Source: a virus
Taxonomy: Duplodnaviria > Caudoviricetes
Strand: one strand, 5' to 3'
IMG/VR virus record: IMGVR_UViG_3300008255_000098
Length of the DNA: 64,000 nt
Shown: piece by piece, positions 55,993 to 63,558 of the stretch
Numbering within the stretch: position 1 is the first letter of the stretch
Layout: each line of letters begins with the position of its first letter
The notes under the pieces: model-generated
What the model was told of the DNA's origin: nothing
What the model saw: only the letters and a program-made list of their open reading frames with translations
Databases searched by the model: none
Program-made: the position numbers and the translations under genes

Positions 55993-56470
55993 AAAAGTTA
56001 AAGATCTTGGCAGGGTATGTGTCTTTCTAAGCGCAGAAACACTAAAAATAGCAGGAAATATAGCAGCTGCGCCATTAGCAGACCGTAAAAAAACTATGAT
56101 TTTTCCGCTAAATTTAGCGGCTAAAGCATACCAAGCAGTTAGTGACGGGTGGAATGCTTCTGTATGTAAACATATAAATTTACAGTTGGCCTCTTCAGGT
56201 ATTCACCCAGGCACAATTATTATTTCGCAAAAATCTATTATTGGTGTTCCAAACTCGTCTCTTTTACTTAGAGATAGAAAATATATTCTCATTCCAGAAA
56301 ATGAATATATTATGTTTTTGAATGTTGAACATAGCCAAATTAGTGATAATTTTTTGATTAAAGTGTTGTGGGGAACAAGAATCTTATTTATAAATTCACA
56401 AAAAGGAATTGAAACTTTTGAAGAAATATTTTCTTTAGCTTACGATGGAAAAACAAGAAACAAATTTTGA
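55964..56470 (+). CDS. Hypothetical protein (paralog family)
   Basis: GIHPGTII...ENEYIMFL...KVLWGTRILF. Confidence 0.55.
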   Translation: MEEKTKLSFKKVKDLGRVCVFLSAETLKIAGNIAAAPLADRKKTMIFPLNLAAKAYQAVSDGWNASVCKHINLQLASSGIHPGTIIISQKSIIGVPNSSLLLRDRKYILIPENEYIMFLNVEHSQISDNFLIKVLWGTRILFINSQKGIETFEEIFSLAYDGKTRNKF

Positions 56471-56780
56471 TAAATTTATTATAGACAATTTTGGACTTTT
56501 ATTTTTAAAAGTCGGGATAGTTCCGGGAAGTATTTTAGTATGTGAAAAGCCAACAGTAATTTTATATAATTATGAAAATAAAATTAATGAAATAAACTTA
56601 TTAGAAAAAGACACGTTAGTTTTCTTAGGAACATTTGATAATTTTATTAGAAATAATATGTTTTTTTGGAGTGACGCTACTTTTTTAGGAATGATACATG
56701 GTAAATTTTACAATATTTTAATTTCAGATTTTCGGGCAAGAATTTTTAGAAATTTTGTTGTTTGGAAACAAGATAAATGA
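56445..56780 (+). CDS. Hypothetical protein (paralog family)
   Basis: GIVPGSIL...DTLVFL. Confidence 0.55.
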   Translation: MEKQETNFDKFIIDNFGLLFLKVGIVPGSILVCEKPTVILYNYENKINEINLLEKDTLVFLGTFDNFIRNNMFFWSDATFLGMIHGKFYNILISDFRARIFRNFVVWKQDK

Positions 56781-57148
56781 TTAAATACAAAAGTAAAATA
56801 ATTTGTTTAACAACTCTTGCTACATTAAAACACGCCTATGGAATAGTGCCAGGAAATATTTTCTCTATTAGTGAAACCATCGAGTGCCATGAAATATGTG
56901 AAAAAATAAGCAAAGACCATATTCTAGAAACAGAAACTACGAAATTTATGGACAGAGTAGACGAAATACTTACAGCAGGCAAGTATATGATATTTTTAGA
57001 TATTGTTTTTGATCCAATCACTCATGAACATTTATTTTTGTTTTTACACCCAAATGGAATATATGGAAAAATTTGGAAGAAAAACCATTCGATCAGACAT
57101 TTAAAAGACTGGTTAACATGGGGAAAAGAAGAGAATAATGCCAGATAA
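56777..57148 (+). CDS. Hypothetical protein (paralog family)
   Basis: GIVPGNIF...GKYMIFL. Confidence 0.55.
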   Translation: MIKYKSKIICLTTLATLKHAYGIVPGNIFSISETIECHEICEKISKDHILETETTKFMDRVDEILTAGKYMIFLDIVFDPITHEHLFLFLHPNGIYGKIWKKNHSIRHLKDWLTWGKEENNAR

Positions 57149-57407
57149 TCCAAGATATAAAAAAGGGGCACTGTGGCTAACGAGAACAAGCATACATGCG
57201 TTTTTAGACAGAGAACACAGTGAAAATAATGCTTTCTCTATTATTCCAAAAGGGGAATATGTAATGTTATTAGTTTATTTTTTGAATAAGAATTATTCTG
57301 AACATATTTCTATTTTATGGAACGAACATTTGTATTATGTTTATGATGTAGATACCGCATACCAATTTAACATTGATCCAGGACATCACAATACTAAACA
57401 AAGTTAA
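57138..57407 (+). CDS. Hypothetical protein (paralog family)
   Basis: IPKGEYVMLL...ILWNEHLYY. Confidence 0.55.
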   Translation: MPDNPRYKKGALWLTRTSIHAFLDREHSENNAFSIIPKGEYVMLLVYFLNKNYSEHISILWNEHLYYVYDVDTAYQFNIDPGHHNTKQS

Positions 57408-57451
57408 AATAATTTTAGTAGTAAATTAGTTTTGGCGCTATTATTATTCAT

Positions 57452-57712
57452 GTGGCGCAAAACAAATACACTTTAGGAAAAATGTTTCAGGTGTTATCAA
57501 CTACATCAGTAATCACCACAAATCCAAATTGTTCACAAAATCGAACAATAACACACGTTGACCACAAAAAAATAGCAGTTGGGGAGATTTTATTATTAAT
57601 AGATTATTTTGATCTAGGAATATCAGGAATTTGGGTGTGGCTTTATTATGATAGTGTGGTATGGCAAGTGATGGAAAAAAATAATTTTAAGAAATGTTGG
57701 AGGTTGTTATGA
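57452..57712 (+). CDS. Hypothetical protein (paralog family)
   Basis: IAVGEILLLI...LYYDSVVW. Confidence 0.5.
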   Translation: MAQNKYTLGKMFQVLSTTSVITTNPNCSQNRTITHVDHKKIAVGEILLLIDYFDLGISGIWVWLYYDSVVWQVMEKNNFKKCWRLL

Positions 57713-58515
57713 GGCCGGTAGTGTTGTTCAGAGCAGGTTTGGCAGAAGAAAAAGAAATGCAGGTTTGTGCAAAATATTTTCCTGTTATTACCCAACGAAG
57801 TCATGTTAAAAAAGATGATCTTATTATTCCTAGGTATTCAGCAATACCGTGGTACAAAGAGTTTGAAGAAGACGTAGTATATTCTGGCGGAAGGATAATC
57901 AACTCTTTTCGAGAGCACAACTATGTAGCGGATTTAAAAAATTGGTATTATCATCTTGAGGAATATACTCCAAGAACTTGGTTTTATTTGGATCAAATAC
58001 CCCAAGATGGTCCTTTTGTTTTGAAAGGACAAACAAGCTCTCTCAAACATAGTTGGAACACACACATGTTTGCTAAAAACAAACAAGAAGCAATTCAAGT
58101 ACATTCTAGATTATGTGAAGACAGTTATATTGGAACACAATTAATTTACGTGCGTCAGTTTGTTCCTTTGCGACGCCTTGCTGATGGTTTACAAGGTTTG
58201 CCTATATCTGAAGAATATAGATTTTTTGTACTCAATGGGGAAGTATTAAGTGGAGCATTTTATTGGTCTGAACATAGTGAGTATATTGAAGAACAAGGCA
58301 TAGATATTAGTTCAAACAATGTTCCAAAAGTCTTTTTAGATAAAATTATTTCTATTGTTAAGCCGCATATTCCATTTTTTGTAGTTGACATAGCACGAAC
58401 TGCAAGCGGGGAGTGGATAGTAATAGAATTAAATGACGCTCAAATGAGTGGGTTAAGCGATAATGATTCTGAAATATTGTATTCAAATATGAGAAAAGTG
58501 TTGTCTGAAAAGTAA
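57709..58515 (+). CDS. ATP-grasp domain protein (DUF4343/R2K-like)
   Basis: PFVLKG, EEYRFFV, FFVVDIA, WIVIELND; start set at ATG 57709 (GGAGG RBS). Confidence 0.8.
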   Translation: MRPVVLFRAGLAEEKEMQVCAKYFPVITQRSHVKKDDLIIPRYSAIPWYKEFEEDVVYSGGRIINSFREHNYVADLKNWYYHLEEYTPRTWFYLDQIPQDGPFVLKGQTSSLKHSWNTHMFAKNKQEAIQVHSRLCEDSYIGTQLIYVRQFVPLRRLADGLQGLPISEEYRFFVLNGEVLSGAFYWSEHSEYIEEQGIDISSNNVPKVFLDKIISIVKPHIPFFVVDIARTASGEWIVIELNDAQMSGLSDNDSEILYSNMRKVLSEK

Positions 58516-58571
58516 ACTGTTAACCTCCAATATAATTATCTTTGAGCAAAAAACAACAAGATTTAAAAATA

Positions 58572-58680
58572 CTGTCTGGTTCAGGAACTGAGTCGGACAC
58601 TAAACAAAACGGAATAAGGCGTTGCCACCATTAGGGCGAGTCTAAGACCTCCGAAACCCGCCCCTGGGCGGGTAGTTCAC
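58572..58680 (+). mobile_element. IS200/IS605-type right end / TnpB omegaRNA-like scaffold, no intact tnpB (copy 4)
   Basis: Nearly identical to 33021-33139; ends CCCGCCC-CT-GGGCGGG-TAGTTCAC. Confidence 0.7.
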
Positions 58681-58718
58681 AGCCACGTAAATATCGTAAA
58701 CAAATTCTTTGAAATTTT

Positions 58719-59081
58719 GGGGATAAATTGGATTCGACTTGGGAAACAACGGAACAATAACGTTGTAGTGGATGTTCACGCCCACTTAAATATCGTGAAC
58801 AAATATAAATGCAGATAATGCACCACTTGCTCTTGCTGCCTAAAAAACACTAGAGCCGTTGAACGGATAATGTGCTTCGATTACCGGGAAATGTCATTTT
58901 AGAGGCTAGACGAAATTACCATTGGATTGCTTTTGAGTAATTAGTTTAAATTAGTAAAAGTAAGAACCCGCTGTAGATGCTTGTAGCTTAGATGCGGAAA
59001 ATCTAAAATCAGGATAGACAACGTAAATGTTTTTCTAGAAGTTCTTGAGGACGAGGGCATCGAAGCCCTCTATCTCCACCA
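58719..59081 (+). ncRNA. ssrA: tmRNA (SsrA), tag peptide ADNAPLALAA
   Basis: 5' GGGGATAAATTGGATTCGAC pairs with 3' TATCTCC-A-CCA including G3-U70; tag ORF gca..gcc-taa at 58811-58843. Confidence 0.93.
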
Positions 59082-59101
59082 AAATAAACTATTGCTGTAA
59101 T

Positions 59102-59414
59102 ATGGATACTACAAACGAACAATATATAAATCGCCAAGATTTAAAAACACCTACTAAAAAGCTATCAGCACAGGTTGCCCATGATGTAATGCGTATAAAT
59201 TTATCTTTTGCGGGTGCAATTAAGAATTTTTCTGATTTTTCTTGTGAGTCAGAAAACCTTCCAATTTGTATGGTTTATTACGTCAAAAAATGGAGCCAAA
59301 CTTCTAGCTTTAGAAGAGAAAATCAAACAAACTACTATTCCATACGCCATGCAGCGAAACGCTGAGTATAATTTTGTATCCAAAGATACTCAACAGCATT
59401 GTGTATTGGGCTAG
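59102..59414 (+). pseudogene. Frameshifted Pth2-type peptidyl-tRNA hydrolase remnant
   Basis: Frame A: RQDLKTPTKKLSAQVAH. Frame +1: KLLALEEKIKQTTIPYAMQRNAE...HCVLG. Together they follow the Pth2 pattern. Confidence 0.55.
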
Positions 59415-59466
59415 ATATAAAATCAAAAATAAATTCTTTAACAAAACGATTGCAGGTTTACAAGTT

Positions 59467-60267
59467 ATGAAAACATTTATATTATATTTTATTACTTCAA
59501 TAATATTATTGTGTCCGTCAACAACACACGCCCAGACACTAACAACAGCTACTAATTACCCTATTGTTTTATCAACATTTCAAACAACTTATGGAGATTA
59601 TGGCAGGTATCACGGCCGAGCACGCAATATTAGGGTTGCTGCTGAACTTGTCTCAGGAATAGTACTGCAACCAAACGAAAGATTTTCGTTTAATGAAGTA
59701 GTTGGTGAGCGAACTAGGGAAAATAATTTTAGTGTTGCGCCGGTAATTGGTTCTGGAAGACTGCGATCCGGAATAGGCGGCGGTGTCTGTCAATTAGCGA
59801 GTACAATATATGCTGCTGCGCTTTATTCAGGAATGAATATAATTGAACATCACCAACACTCTAGAATTAGCAGATATATAAGTCCCGGTTTAGATGCGAC
59901 AGTAGATTGGGGTACTAAAGATTTAGTATTTGAAAATCCTTATTCATTTCCTGTGGTGTTGTTTGTTAGTATTTTACCTGGGCGATTACCAGCCGAACAA
60001 GCCGTAAAAGTAACTTTCTTGGCCCCAAGACACGGATATGAAGTAAATGTCTATTTTAATAGACGTATCAATGCCCGAGCTAATACAATAGAAGAGGTTG
60101 AACAAAGTATTCCGTTAGGACAAAGACATGTGGTAGAAACAGGAACACCGAGGGTGCAAGTTACAATGCGTAGAAGAATAACTAATTCGTCGAATGGAAC
60201 AGAAACTTTAGAACAAAATTATATGGTTTATCCTGCCTCAGATAGAATTTTTCAAGTTTCACCATAA
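59467..60267 (+). CDS. VanW-family secreted protein
   Basis: Signal peptide; NIRVAA, FSFNEVVGER, GIGGGVCQLASTIY, HHQHS, GLDATV, DLVFENP; start set at ATG 59467. Confidence 0.9.
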   Translation: MKTFILYFITSIILLCPSTTHAQTLTTATNYPIVLSTFQTTYGDYGRYHGRARNIRVAAELVSGIVLQPNERFSFNEVVGERTRENNFSVAPVIGSGRLRSGIGGGVCQLASTIYAAALYSGMNIIEHHQHSRISRYISPGLDATVDWGTKDLVFENPYSFPVVLFVSILPGRLPAEQAVKVTFLAPRHGYEVNVYFNRRINARANTIEEVEQSIPLGQRHVVETGTPRVQVTMRRRITNSSNGTETLEQNYMVYPASDRIFQVSP

Positions 60268-60327
60268 CAATATAGTTCAATCTCTTTTCTAAGAGGTTAT
60301 ACTTGCTATTGACAATAAGGGTTATAT

Positions 60328-60573
60328 ATGGAATCTTCTGGATTGACAGTTAAAACATTAATTGGAAAGCTTAAAAAGCAATGGGCACCTGCATCTGCGA
60401 TTGTGGTAAATGATATAATCATTCTAAGCAGCGAAGAGTTCTGGGTGGTGTCAGAGGTAAGGAAAAAGTCGAATGGGTTCTACACCATCCTCAGCGAGCA
60501 GGGGGAGGGTTCTTTTGAGGTACCACCAGCAGAAATATTCCTTATTGTGAACAGGGGGTGTTATGGTAGCTAA
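60328..60573 (+). CDS. Hypothetical protein
   Basis: ORF track. Confidence 0.45.
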   Translation: MESSGLTVKTLIGKLKKQWAPASAIVVNDIIILSSEEFWVVSEVRKKSNGFYTILSEQGEGSFEVPPAEIFLIVNRGCYGS

Positions 60574-60979
60574 AAATAAAATAGAAAAGTGGAGAGCTTA
60601 TAGTGTTCCTTATCTAGAATCTGGAAGTGTTAATTGGAAAAGTGTTCCAGACGGAATAGAAAAAGTAAGATTTTGGGACTACGCCAGTAGAAGTTATATA
60701 AATGGAAAAATATTTTGGGTAGAAAATAAGCCATTTAAAACAGCTTTAAAGTTTGTTTCTTTGTACCACATGGCAAGAGAAAACACTCATTTTATTTTTG
60801 AGAATATTGAGACAGGCGGAAAGTATATTATGCGAAATACTGATTTTGAACATTGCCTCAAAAAAGGAGTATTTATTCATGGTGTTATTTTAGGGGAATG
60901 GAGATTTGAACGTTCTCACAATAGAATGTCAGTGGTTCCGATAGAATTTATTTCTTCTATTGAGCTTGAGAAAAAGTAA
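60563..60979 (+). CDS. Hypothetical protein
   Basis: ORF track. Confidence 0.55.
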   Translation: MVAKNKIEKWRAYSVPYLESGSVNWKSVPDGIEKVRFWDYASRSYINGKIFWVENKPFKTALKFVSLYHMARENTHFIFENIETGGKYIMRNTDFEHCLKKGVFIHGVILGEWRFERSHNRMSVVPIEFISSIELEKK

Positions 60980-61134
60980 TTTTTTTAAACATTGTAAAAA
61001 AAGTATGATAGGATATTGAAATGTCTAAAGAATTTTTGTAAGTTTTAAATCGTGGACCTCCTTTTGAACTCGGTAAAGTAATTTGTCGAAGTAGATTTGG
61101 TTTAAAAAATATAAAATATTAAAAGGAGTTAAAA

Positions 61135-61614
61135 ATGAATCCACAAAATAAAAAACAGTTATCGGCACTTAGAGGCGCAATCAAAGGATTGGCCTATTCT
61201 GGACAAGAAATTCGAACAAGAAATATTGCCACTAGTAAAGGTGAGCAAAAATATGAAGCATGGGCGCTAAAGCGTTCTATCGGACATGTAGCTAGATGTC
61301 ATTTATTGGCTTATGGTTTGTCAAGAGGACAAACACGAGAACAAGTAGAAAAGTCTGGCAAAAGAAAAAAGCTAATATATTTGGATAGCTATTTTACAGC
61401 TGACAGAACGTACATATATGGATTTAACGCAAAAAAATATGTACAAGATATTTTATACATATTGTCTGTATATAAAATTCTTCCATATGATTGTGACCAG
61501 CGGGCCATAGAAAAATGGCTTGCTGATGGAAATAAAAAGCTTATTTCTTTTGAAGACCGGGAAACCAGAAAGCTGTATAAACTCAAAGATGCTAGTATGT
61601 CATGGCTAAGATAA
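61135..61614 (+). CDS. Hypothetical phage protein
   Basis: ORF track; AGGAG RBS; ARCHLLAYGL motif. Confidence 0.6.
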   Translation: MNPQNKKQLSALRGAIKGLAYSGQEIRTRNIATSKGEQKYEAWALKRSIGHVARCHLLAYGLSRGQTREQVEKSGKRKKLIYLDSYFTADRTYIYGFNAKKYVQDILYILSVYKILPYDCDQRAIEKWLADGNKKLISFEDRETRKLYKLKDASMSWLR

Positions 61615-61952
61615 AAAAAATGTATGTTCTAGTAAGACAAGATTTAGGTGCGGGCTATCAAATTCCACAAGCAATTCATGCTAAAGATAAATTTAGTCAC
61701 GAACATGCCAAAATTGAACATTCGTGGTATGAAGAATCTAATACTATTGCAGTATTAGGTGTAGATAATGAAGAACATTTGTTAGGAATAACACAACACA
61801 TAAATGAGTTAGGACTGAAGTTTTCTTTATTTTTTGAGCCAGATATTCAAGAATATACTTCTGTTGCCATAGAACCTGGAGATAAAACATCCGAAATACT
61901 CAAAGTGCTCAAAAGAGCTTGCGGCGGAAAGAGAAAAAGAAATAGAAAATAG
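61602..61952 (+). CDS. Pth2-like peptidyl-tRNA hydrolase family protein
   Basis: MYVLVRQDL...QAIHA, SNTIAVL, FFEPDI..YTSVAIEP. Confidence 0.65.
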   Translation: MAKIKKMYVLVRQDLGAGYQIPQAIHAKDKFSHEHAKIEHSWYEESNTIAVLGVDNEEHLLGITQHINELGLKFSLFFEPDIQEYTSVAIEPGDKTSEILKVLKRACGGKRKRNRK

Positions 61953-61957
61953 ACTCT

Positions 61958-62137
61958 ATATCATAATATTGACGCAATACGGTAGAAGACGTATGTGGTT
62001 GCAAGTTTTGGATCAGTTTGTGTCTCACACAATCCAAGGAGTTTGATCCCTTAATCCTTTTAATTAGGATTTGATGTTGAACGACCAATCAGCCTAAGTG
62101 TACATAGGAGCGTAGTAACGCCGCAATATTTTGATGT
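61958..62137 (+). ncRNA. Candidate multi-hairpin structured RNA upstream of the suppressor tRNA
   Basis: About 15-bp closing stem plus seven internal hairpins (see findings). Confidence 0.55.
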
Positions 62138-62142
62138 AGTAT

Positions 62143-62220
62143 GGGGCCTTGGCAGAAAACTGGAAATGCGGTTGACTTTAAATCGACTTTATGCGGGTTC
62201 AATCCCCGCAGGCCCTACCA
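62143..62220 (+). tRNA. tRNA with TTA anticodon (ochre suppressor candidate)
   Basis: GGGGCCT/AGGCCCT acceptor, GTTGA-CT-TTA-AA-TCGAC anticodon arm, GCGGG-TTCAATC-CCCGC T-arm, CCA. Confidence 0.88.
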
Positions 62221-62264
62221 AAAACTTGTTTAAAAATAAAATTTAGAATGTTATTGTAAGTTAT

Positions 62265-62735
62265 ATGAGCGAAATAAATTATATTTTAGGAAATGCTGTT
62301 GAGCCTATTGGAGTTGATAATAAAATTATTGTTCATGTGTGTAATGATATTGGCGCATGGGGCGCAGGGTTTGTACTAGCCGTTTCAAAAAAATGGCCGC
62401 ACATTAAAAAAGAATATCTTTCATTGTTTAAAGATTATAAAAAACCTATTTTAGGAAGTGTACAATTCGTTGTGGCCGAAAAAAAAATAGTTATTGCTAA
62501 TCTTATAGGACAAGAGGGGATTGGAAGGAAAAATTCACCTATCCGCTATGTTGCTATTGAAAGAGGCTTAGAACAAATAAAAGAACTAGCTGAAAAGTAT
62601 AATACATCTATTCATATGCCTAGAATTGGTTGCGGACTCGCTGGCGGAAAATGGGAAGAAATAGAAGCAATAATTGAACGAGTTTTTGAAAAATCAAAAG
62701 TTAAAATTATTGTATATGATTTAAGCACGGAATAA
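62265..62735 (+). CDS. Macrodomain protein (DarG/TARG1-like ADP-ribosylhydrolase)
   Basis: IVHVCNDIGAWGAGFV, IHMPRIGCGLAGGKW. Confidence 0.88.
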   Translation: MSEINYILGNAVEPIGVDNKIIVHVCNDIGAWGAGFVLAVSKKWPHIKKEYLSLFKDYKKPILGSVQFVVAEKKIVIANLIGQEGIGRKNSPIRYVAIERGLEQIKELAEKYNTSIHMPRIGCGLAGGKWEEIEAIIERVFEKSKVKIIVYDLSTE

Positions 62736-62898
62736 TAATGATATATTAAGGCCCGAAAACAAAAGAAGAAAAAGATTTTAATCACTGCTTTGCTCCTAGA
62801 ATATTTGAGAATTTCACTATTCTGACTATCGCCATTGGAAACAAAAATTAGTTATTGGGATTTCTAGAAATTCCAGAGAAGAGAAGGAAAAAATAAAC

Positions 62899-63054
62899 TT
62901 TGACGGCTACACTACGGTTAGTTGCAACATGAATTTTGGTACCAAAGATTCACGAAGTACAGACGCAGGGGTACCTAAGAACCTGATAACAGTATCTACA
63001 AGGTCAGGTGAGGATGCCGATACTAAGTAGGTTAAAATCCTATTAGCCGTCGAA
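62899..63054 (+). ncRNA. Candidate structured RNA with a kissing-loop pseudoknot
   Basis: 11-bp closing stem; ACCTGA/TCAGGT and AGGAT/ATCCT hairpins whose loops carry AGTATC and GATACT. Confidence 0.55.
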
Positions 63055-63084
63055 ATTTTTGTGTTTACTAATAGGTTAAACACC

Positions 63085-63103
63085 AAAAGCCGCTAAAGCG
63101 GCT
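63085..63103 (-). terminator. Intrinsic terminator for the 63136-63558 gene
   Basis: AGCCGC/GCGGCT hairpin followed by TTTT on the minus strand. Confidence 0.55.
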
Positions 63104-63135
63104 CAGATGGAAGAGATAGAAAGGGATAAATTCTA

Positions 63136-63558
63136 TTATATAGCTGGTTTTCGGTCAACAATGTGCCAAGAGTAGCTGCCAGAGTTATCAGCCGGAACAC
63201 TCAAAAGTTCAAGATGCCCGTATGCTCCACTCATATTTGTTGTCGCAGCGCCATCAATGTTTAGGGCTCCTGCGGATCCTGTTACTAAAACAACATTATT
63301 TCCCAAGCCATCGAGCATAATTAAAACTCTTTCGCCTTCCGTGTCTGAAGAAACAGCAGGTAAACTAGCAGTGACTCCAGCCGCAGCTCTAGTAATCAAT
63401 AGATTAAGTCCGCCGTATATAGATACAACGCCAGATGAGTTTACGAGTTTGGTAATGTCCTCTCGTTGTGAGCTAACAGTTATTTGAAGTTGGTCTTGTG
63501 AACCAGTAACAGTTTCAGTTACGACGCCCTTTGGGCCAATTGTAGTTTTTAATGCCAT
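63136..63558 (-). CDS. Hypothetical beta-rich protein, possible virion component
   Basis: G/S/T/V-rich composition; ATACTTA motif upstream. Confidence 0.6.
   Translation of the reverse strand: MALKTTIGPKGVVTETVTGSQDQLQITVSSQREDITKLVNSSGVVSIYGGLNLLITRAAAGVTASLPAVSSDTEGERVLIMLDGLGNNVVLVTGSAGALNIDGAATTNMSGAYGHLELLSVPADNSGSYSWHIVDRKPAI

Noticed and set aside
59045-59365. 106-aa ORF as annotated in the track
   Set aside because: Its start lies inside the tmRNA 3' end; the region is better explained as a frameshifted Pth2 remnant from 59102.
61950-61985. Readthrough of the Pth2-like TAG stimulated by the downstream stem
   Set aside because: The next in-frame TAG comes only 10 sense codons later, so any extension would be trivial.
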